Part shown: positions 24,601 through 39,600 of the stretch, in pieces | Position numbering within the stretch: the stretch's first letter is position 1 | Layout: each line of letters begins with the position of its first letter | Assembly (NCBI GenBank): GCA_964016885.1 | Contig: OZ024740.1 | Location: 442,618,001 to 442,682,000, forward strand | DNA: 64,000 nt | Direction of reading: 5' to 3' | From: Eledone cirrhosa | Taxonomy: Eukaryota | The notes under the pieces: model-generated | The model's database searches: none | The model's input: the letters and a program-made list of their open reading frames with translations, nothing else | What the model was told of the DNA's origin: nothing | Translations under genes and position numbers: made by a program

Positions 24601-27600
24601 ATGTGAAGTACATGACTGTAGAGACAGTTACCTTACATGTGAAGTACATGACTGTAGAGACATTTACCTTACATGTGAAGTACATGACTGTAGAGATAGA
24701 TACCTTACATGTGAAGTACATGAGTGTAGAGACAGTTACCTTACATGTGAAGTACATGAGTGTAGAGACAGTTACCTTACATGTGAAGTACATGAGTGTA
24801 AAGACAGTTACCTTACATGTGAAGTACATGACTGTAGAGAGAGTTACCTTACATGTGAAGTACATGACTGTAGAGACAGTTACCTTACATGTGAAGTACA
24901 TGACTGTAGAGACAGTTACCTTATATGTGAAGTACATGAGTGTAGAGACAGTTACCTTACATGTGAAGTACATGAGTGTAGAGACAGTTACCTTATATGT
25001 GAAGTACATGACTGTAGAGACAGTTACCTTACATGTGAAGTACATGACTGTAGAGACAGTTACCTTACATGTGAAGTACATGACTGTAGAGACAGTTACC
25101 TTACATGTGAAGTACATGACTGTAGAGACAGTTACCTTACATGTGAAGTACATGACTGTAGAGATAGTTACCTTACATGTGAAGTGCATGAGTGTAGAGA
25201 CAGTTAACTTACATGTGAAGTGCATGACTGTAGACAGAGTTACTTTACATGTAAAGTACAAGACTGTAGAGACAGTTACCTTACATGTGAAGTACATGAG
25301 TGTAGAGACAGTTAACTTACATGTGAAGTGCATGACTGTAGACAGAGTTACTTTACATGTGAAGTACAAGACTGTAGAGACAGTTACCTTATATGTGAAG
25401 TACATGATTGTAGACACAGTTATCTTACATCTGAAGTACATGACAGTAGAGAGAGTTAGATTTTATGTGAAGTACATGAATGTAGAGACTGTTACCTTAC
25501 ATATGAAGTACATGACTGTAGAGAGTGTTACCTTAATGTGAAGTACATGACTGTAGAGACAGTTACCTTACATGTGAAGTACATGACTGTAGAGGCAGTT
25601 AGCTTACATGTGAAGTACATGACTGTAGAGACAGTTACCTTACATGTGAAGTACATGAGTGTATAGACCGTTACCTTATATGTGAAGTACATGACTGTAG
25701 AGACAGTTACCTTACATGTGAAGTACATGACTGTAGAGATAGTTACCTTACATGTGAAGTACATGACTGTAGAGACAGTTAGCTTACATGTGAAGTACAT
25801 GACTGTAGAGATAGTTACCTTACATGTGAAGTACATGACTGTAGAGATAGTTACCTTACATGTGAAGTACATGACTGTAGAGATAGTTACCTTACATGTG
25901 AAGTACATGAGTGTAGTAGACATTTACCTTGCATGTGAAGTACATGACGGTAGAGACAGTTACCTTACATGTGAAGTACATGACTGTAGAGACAGTTACC
26001 TTACATATGAAGTACATGAGTGTAGTAGACATTTACCTTGCATGTGAAGTACATGACGGTAGAGACAGTTACCTTACATGTGAAGTACATGACTGTAGAG
26101 ACAGTTACCTTACATGTGAAGTACATAACTGTAGAGACAGTTACCTTACATGTGAAGTACATGAGTGTAGAGACAGTTACCTTACATATGAAGTACATGA
26201 CTGTAGAGAGAGTTACCTTACATGTGAAGTACATAACTGTAGAGACAGTTACCTTACATGTGAAGTACATGACTGTAGAGACAGTTACCTTACATGTGAA
26301 GTACATGACTGTAGAGACAGTTACCTTACATGTGAAGTACATGACTGTAGAGACAGTTACCTTACATGTGAAGTACATAACTGTAGAGACAGTTACCTTA
26401 CATGTGAAGTACATGAGTGTAGAGACAGTTACCTTACATGTGAAGTACATGACTGTAGAGAGAGTTACCTTACATGTGAAGTACATAACTGTAGAGACAG
26501 TTACCTTACATGTGAAGTACATGACTGTAGAGACAGTTACCTTACATGTGAAGTACATGACTGTAGAGAGAGTTACTTTACATGTGAAGTACATAACTGT
26601 AGAGACAGTTACTTTACATGTGAAGTACATGACTGTAGAGACAGTTACCTTACATGTGAAGTACATGAGTGTAGAGACAGTTACCTTACATGTGAAGTAC
26701 ATGAGTGTAGAGAGAGTTACCTTACATGTGATATACATGACTGTAGAGACTGTTACATTACATGTGAAGTACATTACTGTAGAGACAGTTAGTTTATATG
26801 TAAAGTACATGAATGTAGAGAGAGTTACCTTACATGTGGAGTACATGACTGTAGAGAAAGTTAAGTTACATGTGAAGTACATGACTGTAGAGACAGTTAC
26901 CTTACATGTGAAGTACATGACTGTAGAGACAGTTACCTTACATGTGAAGTACATGACGGTAGAGACAGTTACCTTACATGTGAAGTACATGACTGTAGAG
27001 ACAGTTAGCTTACATGTGAAGTACATAACTGTAGAGACAGTTACCTTACATGTGAAGTACATGACTGTAGAGACAGTTAGCTTACGTGTGAAGTACATGA
27101 CTGTAGAGACAGTTAGCTTACGTGTGAAGTACATGACTGTAGAGACAGTTACCTTACATGTGAAGTACATGACTGTAGAGACAGTTAGCTTACGTGTGAA
27201 GTACATGACTGTAGAGACAGTTACCTTACATGTGAAGTACATGAGTGTAGAGACAGTTACCTTACATGTGAAGTACACGACTGTAGAGACAGTTACCTTA
27301 CATGTGAAGTACATGTGTGTAGAGACAGTTACCTTACATGTGAAGTACACGACTGTAGAGACAGTTTCCTTACATGTGTAGTACACGACTGTAGAGACAG
27401 TTACCTTACATGCGAAGTACATGAGTGTAGAGACAGTTACCTTACATGCGAAGTACATGACTGTAGAGAGAGTTACTTTACATTTGAAGTACATGACTGT
27501 AGAGACAGGTACCTTACATGTGAAGTACATGACTGTAGAGACAGGTACATTACATGTGAAGTACATGAGTGTAGAGACAGTTACCTTATATGTGAAGTAC

Positions 27601-30600
27601 ATGAGTGTAGAGGCAGTTACCTTACATGTGAAGTACATGAGTGTAGAGACAGTTACCTTACATGTGAAGTACATGACTGTAGAGAGTGTTACCTTACATG
27701 TGAAGTACATGACTGTAGAGACAGTTACCTTACATGTGAAGTGCATGACTGTAGAGACAGTTACCTTACATGTGAAGTACATGACTGTAGAGAGAGTTAC
27801 CTTACATGTGAAGTACATGAGTGTAGAGACAGTTACCTTACATGTGAAGTACATGACTGGAGAGAGTGTTACCTTACATGTGAAGTACATGACTGTAGAG
27901 ACAGTTACCTTACATGTGAAGTACATGACTGTAGAGACAGTTACCTTACATGTGAAGTACATGAGTGTAGAGAGAGTTACCTTACATGTGAAGTACATGA
28001 CTGTAGAGACATTTACCTTACATGTGAAGTGCATGAGTGTAGAGACAGTTACCTTACATGTAAAGTATATGACTGTAGAGACAGTTACCTTACATGTGAA
28101 GTACATGATTGAAGAGACAGTTACATTACATGTGAAGTACATGATTGAAGAGACAGTTACCTTACATGTGAAGTACATGACTGTAGAGATAGTTACCTTA
28201 CATGTGAAGTGCATGAGTGTAGAGACAGTTAACTTACATGTGAAGTGCATGACTGTAGACAGAGTTACTTTACATGTAAAGTACAAGACTGTAGAGACAG
28301 TTACCTTACATGTGAAGTACATGAGTGTAGAGACAGTTAACTTACATGTGAAGTGCATGACTGTAGACAGAGTTACTTTACATGTGAAGTACAAGACTGT
28401 AGAGACAGTTACCTTATATGTGAAATACATGATTGTAGACACAGTTATCTTACATCTGAAGTACATGACAGTAGAGAGAGTTAGATTTTATGTGAAGTAC
28501 ATGAATGTAGAGACTGTTACCTTACATATGAAGTACATGACTGTAGAGAGTGTTACCTTAATGTGAAGTACATGACTGTAGAGACAGTTACCTTACATGT
28601 GAAGTACATGACTGTAGAGACAGTTAGCTTACATGTGAAGTACATGACTGTAGAGACAGTTACCTTACATGTAAAGTACATGATTATAGAGACAGTTACC
28701 TTACATGTGAAGTACATGACTGTAGAGACAGTTAGCTTACATGTGAAGTACATGACTGTAGAGACAGTTAGCTTACATGTGAAGTACATGACTGTAGAGA
28801 CAGTTACCTTACATGTAAAGTACATGATTATAGAGACAGTTACCTTACATGTGAAGTACATGACTGTAGAGACAGTTAGCTTACATGTGAAGTACATGAC
28901 TGTAGAGACAGTTAGCTTACATGTGAAGTACATGACTGTAGAGACAGTTAGCTTACATGTGAAGTACATGACTGTAGAGACAGTTACCTTACATGTGAAG
29001 TACATGACTGTAGAGACAGTTAGCTTACATGTGAAGTACATGACTGTAGAGACAGTTACCTTACATGTGAAGTACATGACTGTAGAGACAGTTACCTTAC
29101 ATGTGAAGTACATGAGTGTAGAGAGAGTTACCTTACATGTGATATACATGACTGTAGAGACTGTTACCTTACATGTGAAGTACATGACTGTAGAGAAAGT
29201 TAACTTGCATTGGAAGTACATGAGTGTAGAGACAGTTAGTTTATATGTGAAGTACATGACTGTAGAGACAGGTACCTAACATTGGAATTACATGAGTGTA
29301 GAGAGAGTTACCTTACATGTGAAGTACATGACTGTAGAGATAGTTACCTTACATGTGAAGTACATGACTGTAGAGACAGTTAGCTTACGTGTGAAGTACA
29401 TGACTGTAGAGACAGTTACCTTACATGTGAAGTACATGAGTGTAGAGACAGTTACCTTACATGTGAAGTACATGAGTGTAGAGACAGTTACTTTACATGT
29501 GAAGTACACGACTGTAGAGACAGTTACCTTACATGCGAAGTACATAACTATAGAGAAAGTTTCCTTACATGTGAAGTACACGACTGTAGAGGCAGTTTCC
29601 TTACATGTGAAGTACAAGACTGTAGAGACAGTTTCCTTACATGTGAAGTACATGACTGTAGAGACAGTTACCTTACATGCGAAGTACATGACTGTAGAGA
29701 CAGTTACCTTACATGCGAAGTACATAACTATAGAGAAAGTTTCCTTACATGTGAAGTACATGACTGTAGAGACAGGTACCTTACATGTGAAGTACATGAC
29801 TGTAGAGACAGTTACCTTACATGTGAAATACATGACTGTAGAGACAGTTAACTTACATGTGAAGTACATTAGTGTAGAGAGAGTTACCTTACATGTGAAA
29901 TACATGACTGTAGAGACAGTTAACTTGCATGTGAAGTACATGAGTGTAGAGAGAGTTACCTTACATGTGAAGTACATGAGTGTAGAGACAGTTACCTTAC
30001 ATGTGAAGTACATGACTGTAGAGACATTTACCTTACATGTGAAGTACATGACTGTAGAGATAGATACCTTACATGTGAAGTACATGAGTGTAGAGACAGT
30101 TACCTTACATGTGAAGTACATGAGTGTAGAGACAGATACCTTACATGTGAAGTACATGAGTGTAGAGACAGTTACCTTACATGTGAAGTACATGACTGTA
30201 GAGAGAGTTACCTTACATGTGAAGTACATGACTGTAGAGACAGTTACCTTACATGTGAAGTACATGACTGTAGAGACAGTTACCTTATATGTGAAGTACA
30301 TGAGTGTAGAGACAGTTACCTTACATGTGAAGTACATGAGTGTAGAGACAGTTACCTTATATGTGAAGTACATGACTGTAGAGACAGTTACCTTACATGT
30401 GAAGTACATGACTGTAGAGACAGTTACCTTACATGTGAAATACATGACTGTAGAGACAGTTACCTTACATGTGAAGTACATGACTGTAGAGACAGTTACC
30501 TTACATGTGAAGTACATGACTGTAGAGATAGTTACCTTACATGTGAAGTGCATGAGTGTAGAGACAGTTAACTTACATGTGAAGTGCATGACTGTAGACA

Positions 30601-33600
30601 GAGTTACTTTACATGTAAAGTACAAGACTGTAGAGACAGTTACCTTACATGTGAAGTACATGAGTGTAGAGACAGTTAACTTACATGTGAAGTGCATGAC
30701 TGTAGACAGAGTTACGTTACATGTGAAGTACAAGACTGTAGAGACAGTTACCTTATATGTGAAGTACATGATTGTAGACACAGTTATCTTACATCTGAAG
30801 TACATGACAGTAGAGAGAGTTAGATTTTATGTGAAGTACATGAATGTAGAGACTGTTACCTTACATATGAAGTACATGACTGTAGAGAGTGTTACCTTAA
30901 TGTGAAGTACATGACTGTAGAGACAGTTAGCTTACATGTGAAGTACATGACTGTAGAGACAGTTACCTTACATGTGAAGTACATGAGTGTATAGACCGTT
31001 ACCTTATATGTGAAGTACATGACTGTAGAGACAGTTACCTTACATGTGAAGTACATGACTGTAGAGATAGTTACCTTACATGTGAAGTACATGACTGTAG
31101 AGACAGTTAGCTTACATGTGAAGTACATGACTGTAGAGATAGTTACCTTACATGTGAAGTACATGACTGTAGAGATAGTTACCTTACATGTGAAGTACAT
31201 GACTGTAGAGATAGTTACCTTACATGTGAAGTACATGAGTGTAGTAGACATTTACCTTGCATGTGAAGTACATGACGGTAGAGACAGTTACCTTACATGT
31301 GAAGTACATGACTGTAGAGACAGTTACCTTACATATGAAGTACATGAGTGTAGTAGACATTTACCTTGCATGTGAAGTACATGATGGTAGAGACAGTTAC
31401 CTTACATGTGAAGTACATGACTGTAGAGACAGTTACCTTACATGTGAAGTACATAACTGTAGAGACAGTTACCTTACATGTGAAGTACATGAGTGTAGAG
31501 ACAGTTACCTTACATATGAAGTACATGACTGTAGAGAGAGTTACCTTACATGTGAAGTACATGACTGTAGAGACAGTTACCTTACATGTGAAGTACATGA
31601 CTGTAGAGACAGTTACCTTACATGTGAAGTACATGACTGTAGAGACAGTTACCTTACATGTGAAGTACATAACTGTAGAGACAGTTACCTTACATGTGAA
31701 GTACATGAGTGTAGAGACAGTTACCTTACATGTGAAGTACATGACTGTAGAGAGAGTTACCTTACATGTGAAGTACATAACTGTAGAGACAGTTACCTTA
31801 CATGTGAAGTACATGACTGTAGAGACAGTTACCTTACATGTGAAGTACATGACTGTAGAGAGAGTTACCTTACATGTGAAGTACATAACTGTAGAGACAG
31901 TTACCTTACATGTGCAGTACATGACTGTAGAGACAGTTACCTTACATGTGAAGTACATGACTGTAGAGACAGTTACCTTACATGTGAAGTACATGAGTGT
32001 AGAGAGAGTTACCTTACATGTGATATACATGACTGTAGAGACTGTTACATTACATGTGAAGTACATTACTGTAGAGACAGTTAGTTTATATGTAAAGTAC
32101 ATGAATGTAGAGAGAGTTACCTTACATGTGGAGTACATGACTGTAGAGAAAGTTAAGTTACATGTGAAGTACATGACTGTAGAGACAGTTACCTTACATG
32201 TGAAGTACATGACTGTAGAGACAGTTACCTTACATGTGAAGTACATGACGGTAGAGACAGTTACCTTACATGTGAAGTACATGACTGTAGAGACAGTTAG
32301 CTTACATGTGAAGTACATAACTGTAGAGACAGTTACCTTACATGTGAAGTACATGACTGTAGAGACAGTTAGCTTACGTGTGAAGTACATGACTGTAGAG
32401 ACAGTTAGCTTACGTGTGAAGTACATGACTGTAGAGACAGTTACCTTACATGTGAAGTACATGACTGTAGAGACAGTTAGCTTACGTGTGAAGTACATGA
32501 CTGTAGAGACAGTTACCTTACATGTGAAGTACATGAGTGTAGAGACAGTTACCTTACATGTGAAGTACATGACTGTAGAGACAGTTACCTTACATGTGAA
32601 GTACACGACTGTAGAGACAGTTACCTTACATGTGAAGTACATGTGTGTAGAGACAGTTACCTTACATGTGAAGTACACGACTGTAGAGACAGTTTCCTTA
32701 CATGTGTAGTACACGACTGTAGAGACAGTTACCTTACATGCGAAGTACATGAGTGTAGAGACAGTTACCTTACATGCGAAGTACATGACTGTAGAGAGAG
32801 TTACTTTACATTTGAAGTACATGACTGTAGAGACAGGTACCTTACATGTGAAGTACATGACTGTAGAGACAGGTACATTACATGTGAAGTACATGAGTGT
32901 AGAGACAGTTACCTTATATGTGAAGTACATGAGTGTAGAGGCAGTTACCTTACATGTGAAGTACATGAGTGTAGAGACAGTTACCTTACATGTGAAGTAC
33001 ATGACTGTAGAGAGTGTTACCTTACATGTGAAGTACATGACTGTAGAGACAGTTACCTTACATGTGAAGTGCATGACTGTAGAGACAGTTACCTTACATG
33101 TGAAGTACATGACTGTAGAGAGAGTTACCTTACATGTGAAGTACATGAGTGTAGAGACAGTTACCTTACATGTGAAGTACATGACTGTAGAGAGTGTTAC
33201 CTTACATGTGAAGTACATGACTGTAGAGACAGTTACCTTACATGTGAAGTACATGACTGTAGAGACAGTTACCTTACATGTGAAGTACATGACTGTAGAG
33301 AGAGTTACCTTACATGTGAAGTACATGACTGTAGAGACATTTACCTTACATGTGAAGTGCATGAGTGTAGAGACAGTTACCTTACATGTAAAGTATATGA
33401 CTGTAGAGACAGTTACCTTACATGTGAAGTACATGATTGAAGAGACAGTTACATTACATGTGAAGTACATGATTGAAGAGACAGTTACCTTACATGTGAA
33501 GTACATGACTGTAGAGATAGTTACCTTACATGTGAAGTGCATGAGTGTAGAGACAGTTAACTTACATGTGAAGTGCATGACTGTAGACAGAGTTACTTTA

Positions 33601-36600
33601 CATGTAAAGTACAAGACTGTAGAGACAGTTACCTTACATGTGAAGTACATGAGTGTAGAGACAGTTAACTTACATGTGAAGTGCATGAGTGTAGACAGAG
33701 TTACTTTACATGTGAAGTACAAGACTGTAGAGACAGTTACCTTATATGTGAAGTACATGATTGTAGACACAGTTATCTTACATCTGAAGTACATGACAGT
33801 AGAGAGAGTTAGATTTTATGTGAAGTACATGAATGTAGAGACTGTTACCTTACATATGAAGTACATGACTGTAGAGAGTGTTACCTTAATGTGAAGTACA
33901 TGACTGTAGAGACAGTTACCTTACATGTGAAGTACATGACTGTAGAGACAGTTAGCTTACATGTGAAGTACATGACTGTAGAGACAGTTACCTTACATGT
34001 GAAGTACATGAGTGTATAGACCGTTACCTTATATGTGAAGTACATGACTGTAGAGACAGTTACCTTACATGTGAAGTACATGACTGTAGAGATAGTTACC
34101 TTACATGTGAAGTACATGACTGTAGAGACAGTTAGCTTACATGTGAAGTACATGACTGTAGAGATAGTTACCTTACATGTGAAGTACATGACTGTAGAGA
34201 TAGTTACCTTACATGTCACGTACATGACTGTAGAGATAGTTACCTTACATGTGAAGTACATGAGTGTAGTAGACATTTACCTTGCATGTGAAGTACATGA
34301 CGGTAGAGACAGTTACCTTACATGTGAAGTACATGACTGTAGAGACAGTTACCTTACATATGAAGTACATGAGTGTAGTAGACATTTACCTTGCATGTGA
34401 AGTACATGACGGTAGAGACAGTTAACTTACATGTGAAGTACATGACTGTAGAGACAGTTACCTTACATGTGAAGTACATAACTGTAGAGACAGTTACCTT
34501 ACATGTGAAGTACATGAGTGTAGAGACAGTTACCTTACATATGAAGTACATGACTGTAGAGACAGTTACCTTACATGTGAAGTACATGACTGTAGAGACA
34601 GTTACCTTACATGTGAAGTACATGACTGTAGAGACAGTTACCTTACATGTGAAGTATATGACTGTAGAGACAGTTACCTTACATGTGAAGTACATAACTG
34701 TAGAGACAGTTACCTTACATGTGAAGTACATGAGTGTAGAGACAGTTACCTTACATGTGAAGTACATGACTGTAGAGAGAGTTACCTTACATGTGAAGTA
34801 CATAACTGTAGAGACAGTTACCTTACATGTGAAGTACATGACTGTAGAGACAGTTACCTTACATGTGAAGTACATGACTGCAGAGAGAGTTACCTTACAT
34901 GTGAAGTACATAACTGTAGAGACAGTTACCTTACATGTGAAGTACATGACTGTAGAGACAGTTACCTTACATGTGAAGTACATGACTGTAGAGACAGTTA
35001 CCTTACATGTGAAGTACATGAGTGTAGAGAGAGTTACCTTACATGTGATATACATGACTGTAGAGACTGTTACATTACATGTGAAGTACATTACTGTAGA
35101 GACAGTTAGTTTATATGTGAAGTACATGAATGTAGAGAGAGTTACCTTACATGTGGAGTACATGACTGTAGAGAAAGTTAACTTACATGTGAAGTACATG
35201 AGTGTAGAGACAGTTAGTTTATATGTGAAGTACATGAGTGTAGAGACAGTTAGTTTATATGTGAAGTACATGAGTGTAGAGACAGGTACCTAACATTGGA
35301 ATTACATGAGTGTAGAGAGAGGTACCTTACATGTGAAGTACATGACTGTAGAGACAGTTACCTTACATGTGAAGTACATGACTGTAGAGACAGTTACCTT
35401 ACATGTGAAGTACATGACGGTAGAGACAGTTACCTTACATGTGAAGTACATGACTGTAGAGACAGTTAGCTTACATGTGAAGTACATAACTGTAGAGACA
35501 GTTACCTTACATGTGAAGTACATGACTGTAGAGACAGTTAGCTTACGTGTGAAGTACATGACTGTAGAGACAGTTAGCTTACGTGTGAAGTACATGACTG
35601 TAGAGACAGTTACCTTACATGTGAAGTACATGATTGTAGAGACAGTTAGCTTACGTGCGAAGTACATGACTGTAGAGACAGTTACCTTACATGTGAAGTA
35701 CATGAGTGTAGAGACAGTTACCTTACATGTGAAGTACATGACTGTAGAGACAGTTACCTTACATGTGAAGTACACGACTGTAGAGACAGTTACCTTACAT
35801 GTGAAGTACATGATTGTAGAGACAGTTACCTTACATGTGAAGTACACGACTGTAGAGACAGTTTCCTTACATGTGTAGTACACGACTGTAGAGACAGTTA
35901 CCTTACATGCGAAGTACATGAGTGTAGAGACAGTTACCTTACATGCGAAGTACATGACTGTAGAGAGAGTTACTTTACATTTGAAGTACATGACTGTAGA
36001 GACAGGTACCTTACATGTGAAGTACATGACTGTAGAGACAGGTACATTACATGTGAAGTACATGACTGTAGAGACAGTTACCTTACATGTGAAGTACATG
36101 ACTGTAGAGAGAGTTACCTTACATGTGAAGTACATGAGTGTAGAGACAGTTACCTTACATGTGAAGTACATGACTGTAGAGAGTGTTACCTTACATGTGA
36201 AGTACATGACTGTAGAGACAGTTACCTTACATGTGAAGTACATGACTGTAGAGACAGTTACCTTACATGTGAAGTACATGACTGTAGAGAGAGTTACCTT
36301 ACATGTGAAGTACATGACTGTAGAGACATTTACCTTACATGTGAAGTGCATGAGTGTAGAGACAGTTACCTTACATGTAAAGTATATGACTGTAGAGACA
36401 GTTACCTTACATGTGAAGTACATGATTGAAGAGACAGTTACATTACATGTGAAGTACATGATTGAAGAGACAGTTACCTTACATGTGAAGTACATGACTG
36501 TAGAGATAGTTACCTTACATGTGAAGTGCATGAGTGTAGAGACAGTTAACTTACATGTGAAGTGCATGACTGTAGACAGAGTTACTTTACATGTAAAGTA

Positions 36601-39600
36601 CAAGACTGTAGAGACAGTTACCTTACATGTGAAGTACATGAGTGTAGAGACAGTTAACTTACATGTGAAGTGCATGACTGTAGACAGAGTTACTTTACAT
36701 GTGAAGTACATGACTGTAGAGAGAGTTACCTTACATGTGAAGTACATAACTGTAGAGACAGTTACCTTACATGTGAAGTACATGACTGTAGAGACAGTTA
36801 CCTTACATGTGAAGTACATGACTGCAGAGAGAGTTACCTTACATGTGAAGTACATAACTGTAGAGACAGTTACCTTACATGTGAAGTACATGACTGTAGA
36901 GACAGTTACCTTACATGTGAAGTACATGACTGCAGAGAGAGTTACCTTACATGTGAAGTACATGACTGTAGAGACAGTTACCTTACATGTGAAGTACATG
37001 ATTGTAGAGACAGTTACCTTACATGTGAAGTACATGAGTGTAGAGAGAGTTACCTTACATGTGATATACATGACTGTAGAGACTGTTACATTACATGTGA
37101 AGTACATTACTGTAGAGACAGTTAGTTTATATGTGAAGTACATGAATGTAGAGAGAGTTACCTTACATGTGGAGTACATGACTGTAGAGAAAGTTAACTT
37201 ATATGTGAAGTACATGAGTGTAGAGACAGTTAGTTTATATGTGAAGTACATGAGTGTAGAGACAGTTAGTTTATATGTGAAGTACATGACTGTAGAGACA
37301 GGTACCTAACATTGGAATTACATGAGTGTAGAGACAGTTAGCCTACGTGTGAAGTACATGACTGTAGAGACAGTTACCTTACATGTGAAGTACATGACTG
37401 TAGAGACAGTTAGCTTACGTGTGAAGTACATGACTGTAGAGACTGTTACCTTACATGTGAAGTACATGAGTGTAGAGACAGTTAGTTTATATGTGAAGTA
37501 CATGAGTGTAGAGACAGTTAGTTTATATGTGAAGTACATGACTGTAGAGACAGGTACCTAACATTGGAATTACATGAGTGTAGAGAGAGTTACCTTACAT
37601 GTGAAGTACATGACTGTAGAGATAGTTACCTTACATGTGAAGTACATGACTGTAGAGACAGTTAGCTTACGTGTGAAGTACATGACTGTAGAGACAGTTA
37701 CCTTACATGTGAAGTACATGAGTGTAGAGACAGTTACCTTACATGTGAAGTACATGAGTGTAGAGACAGTTACTTTACATGTGAAGTACACGACTGTAGA
37801 GACAGTTACCTTACATGCGAAGTACATAACTATAGAGAAAGTTTCCTTACATGTGAAGTACACGACTGTAGAGGCAGTTTCCTTACATGTGAAGTACAAG
37901 ACTGTAGAGACAGTTTCCTTACATGTGAAGTACATGACTGTAGAGACAGTTACCTTACATGCGAAGTACATGACTGTAGAGACAGTTACCTTACATGCGA
38001 AGTACATAACTATAGAGAAAGTTTCCTTACATGTGAAGTACATGACTGTAGAGACAGGTACCTTACATGTGAAGTACATGACTGTAGAGACAGTTACCTT
38101 ACATGTGAAATACATGACTGTAGAGACAGTTAACTTACATGTGAAGTACATTAGTGTAGAGAGAGTTACCTTACATGTGAAATACATGACTGTAGAGACA
38201 GTTAACTTACATGTGAAGTACATGAGTGTAGAGAGAGTTACCTTACATGTGAAGTACATGAGTGTAGAGACAGTTACCTTACATGTGAAGTACATGACTG
38301 TAGAGACATTTACCTTACATGTGAAGTACATGACTGTAGAGATAGATACCTTACATGTGAAGTACATGAGTGTAGAGACAGTTACCTTACATGTGAAGTA
38401 CATGAGTGTAGAGACAGTTACCTTACATGTGAAGTACATGAGTGTAGAGACAGTTACCTTACATGTGAAGTACATGACTGTAGAGAGAGTTACCTTACAT
38501 GTGAAGTACATGACTGTAGAGACAGTTACCTTACATGTGAAGTACATGACTGTAGAGACAGTTACCTTATATGTGAAGTACATGAGTGTAGAGACAGTTA
38601 CCTTACATGTGAAGTACATGAGTGTAGAGACAGTTACCTTATATGTGAAGTACATGACTGTAGAGAGAGTTACCTTACATGTGAAGTACATGACTGTAGA
38701 GACAGTTACCTTACATGTGAAGTACATGACTGTAGAGACAGTTACCTTACATGTGAAGTACATGACTGTAGAGACAGTTACCTTACATGTGAAGTACATG
38801 ACTGTAGAGATAGTTACCTTACATGTGAAGTGCATGAGTGTAGAGACAGTTAACTTACATGTGAAGTGCATGACTGTAGACAGAGTTACTTTACATGTAA
38901 AGTACAAGACTGTAGAGACAGTTACCTTACATGTGAAGTACATGAGTGTAGAGACAGTTAACTTACATGTGAAGTGCATGACTGTAGACAGAGTTACTTT
39001 ACATGTGAAGTACAAGACTGTAGAGACAGTTACCTTATATGTGAAGTACATGATTGTAGACACAGTTATCTTACATCTGAAGTACATGACAGTAGAGAGA
39101 GTTAGATTTTATGTGAAGTACATGAATGTAGAGACTGTTACCTTACATATGAAGTACATGACTGTAGAGAGTGTTACCTTAATGTGAAGTACATGACTGT
39201 AGAGACAGTTAGCTTACATGTGAAGTACATGACTGTAGAGACAGTTACCTTACATGTGAAGTACATGAGTGTATAGACCGTTACCTTATATGTGAAGTAC
39301 ATGACTGTAGAGACAGTTACCTTACATGTGAAGTACATGACTGTAGAGATAGTTACCTTACATGTGAAGTACATGACTGTAGAGACAGTTAGCTTACATG
39401 TGAAGTACATGACTGTAGAGATAGTTACCTTACATGTGAAGTACATGACTGTAGAGATAGTTACCTTACATGTGAAGTACATGACTGTAGAGATAGTTAC
39501 CTTACATGTGAAGTACATGAGTGTAGTAGACATTTACCTTGCATGTGAAGTACATGACGGTAGAGACAGTTACCTTACATGTGAAGTACATGACTGTAGA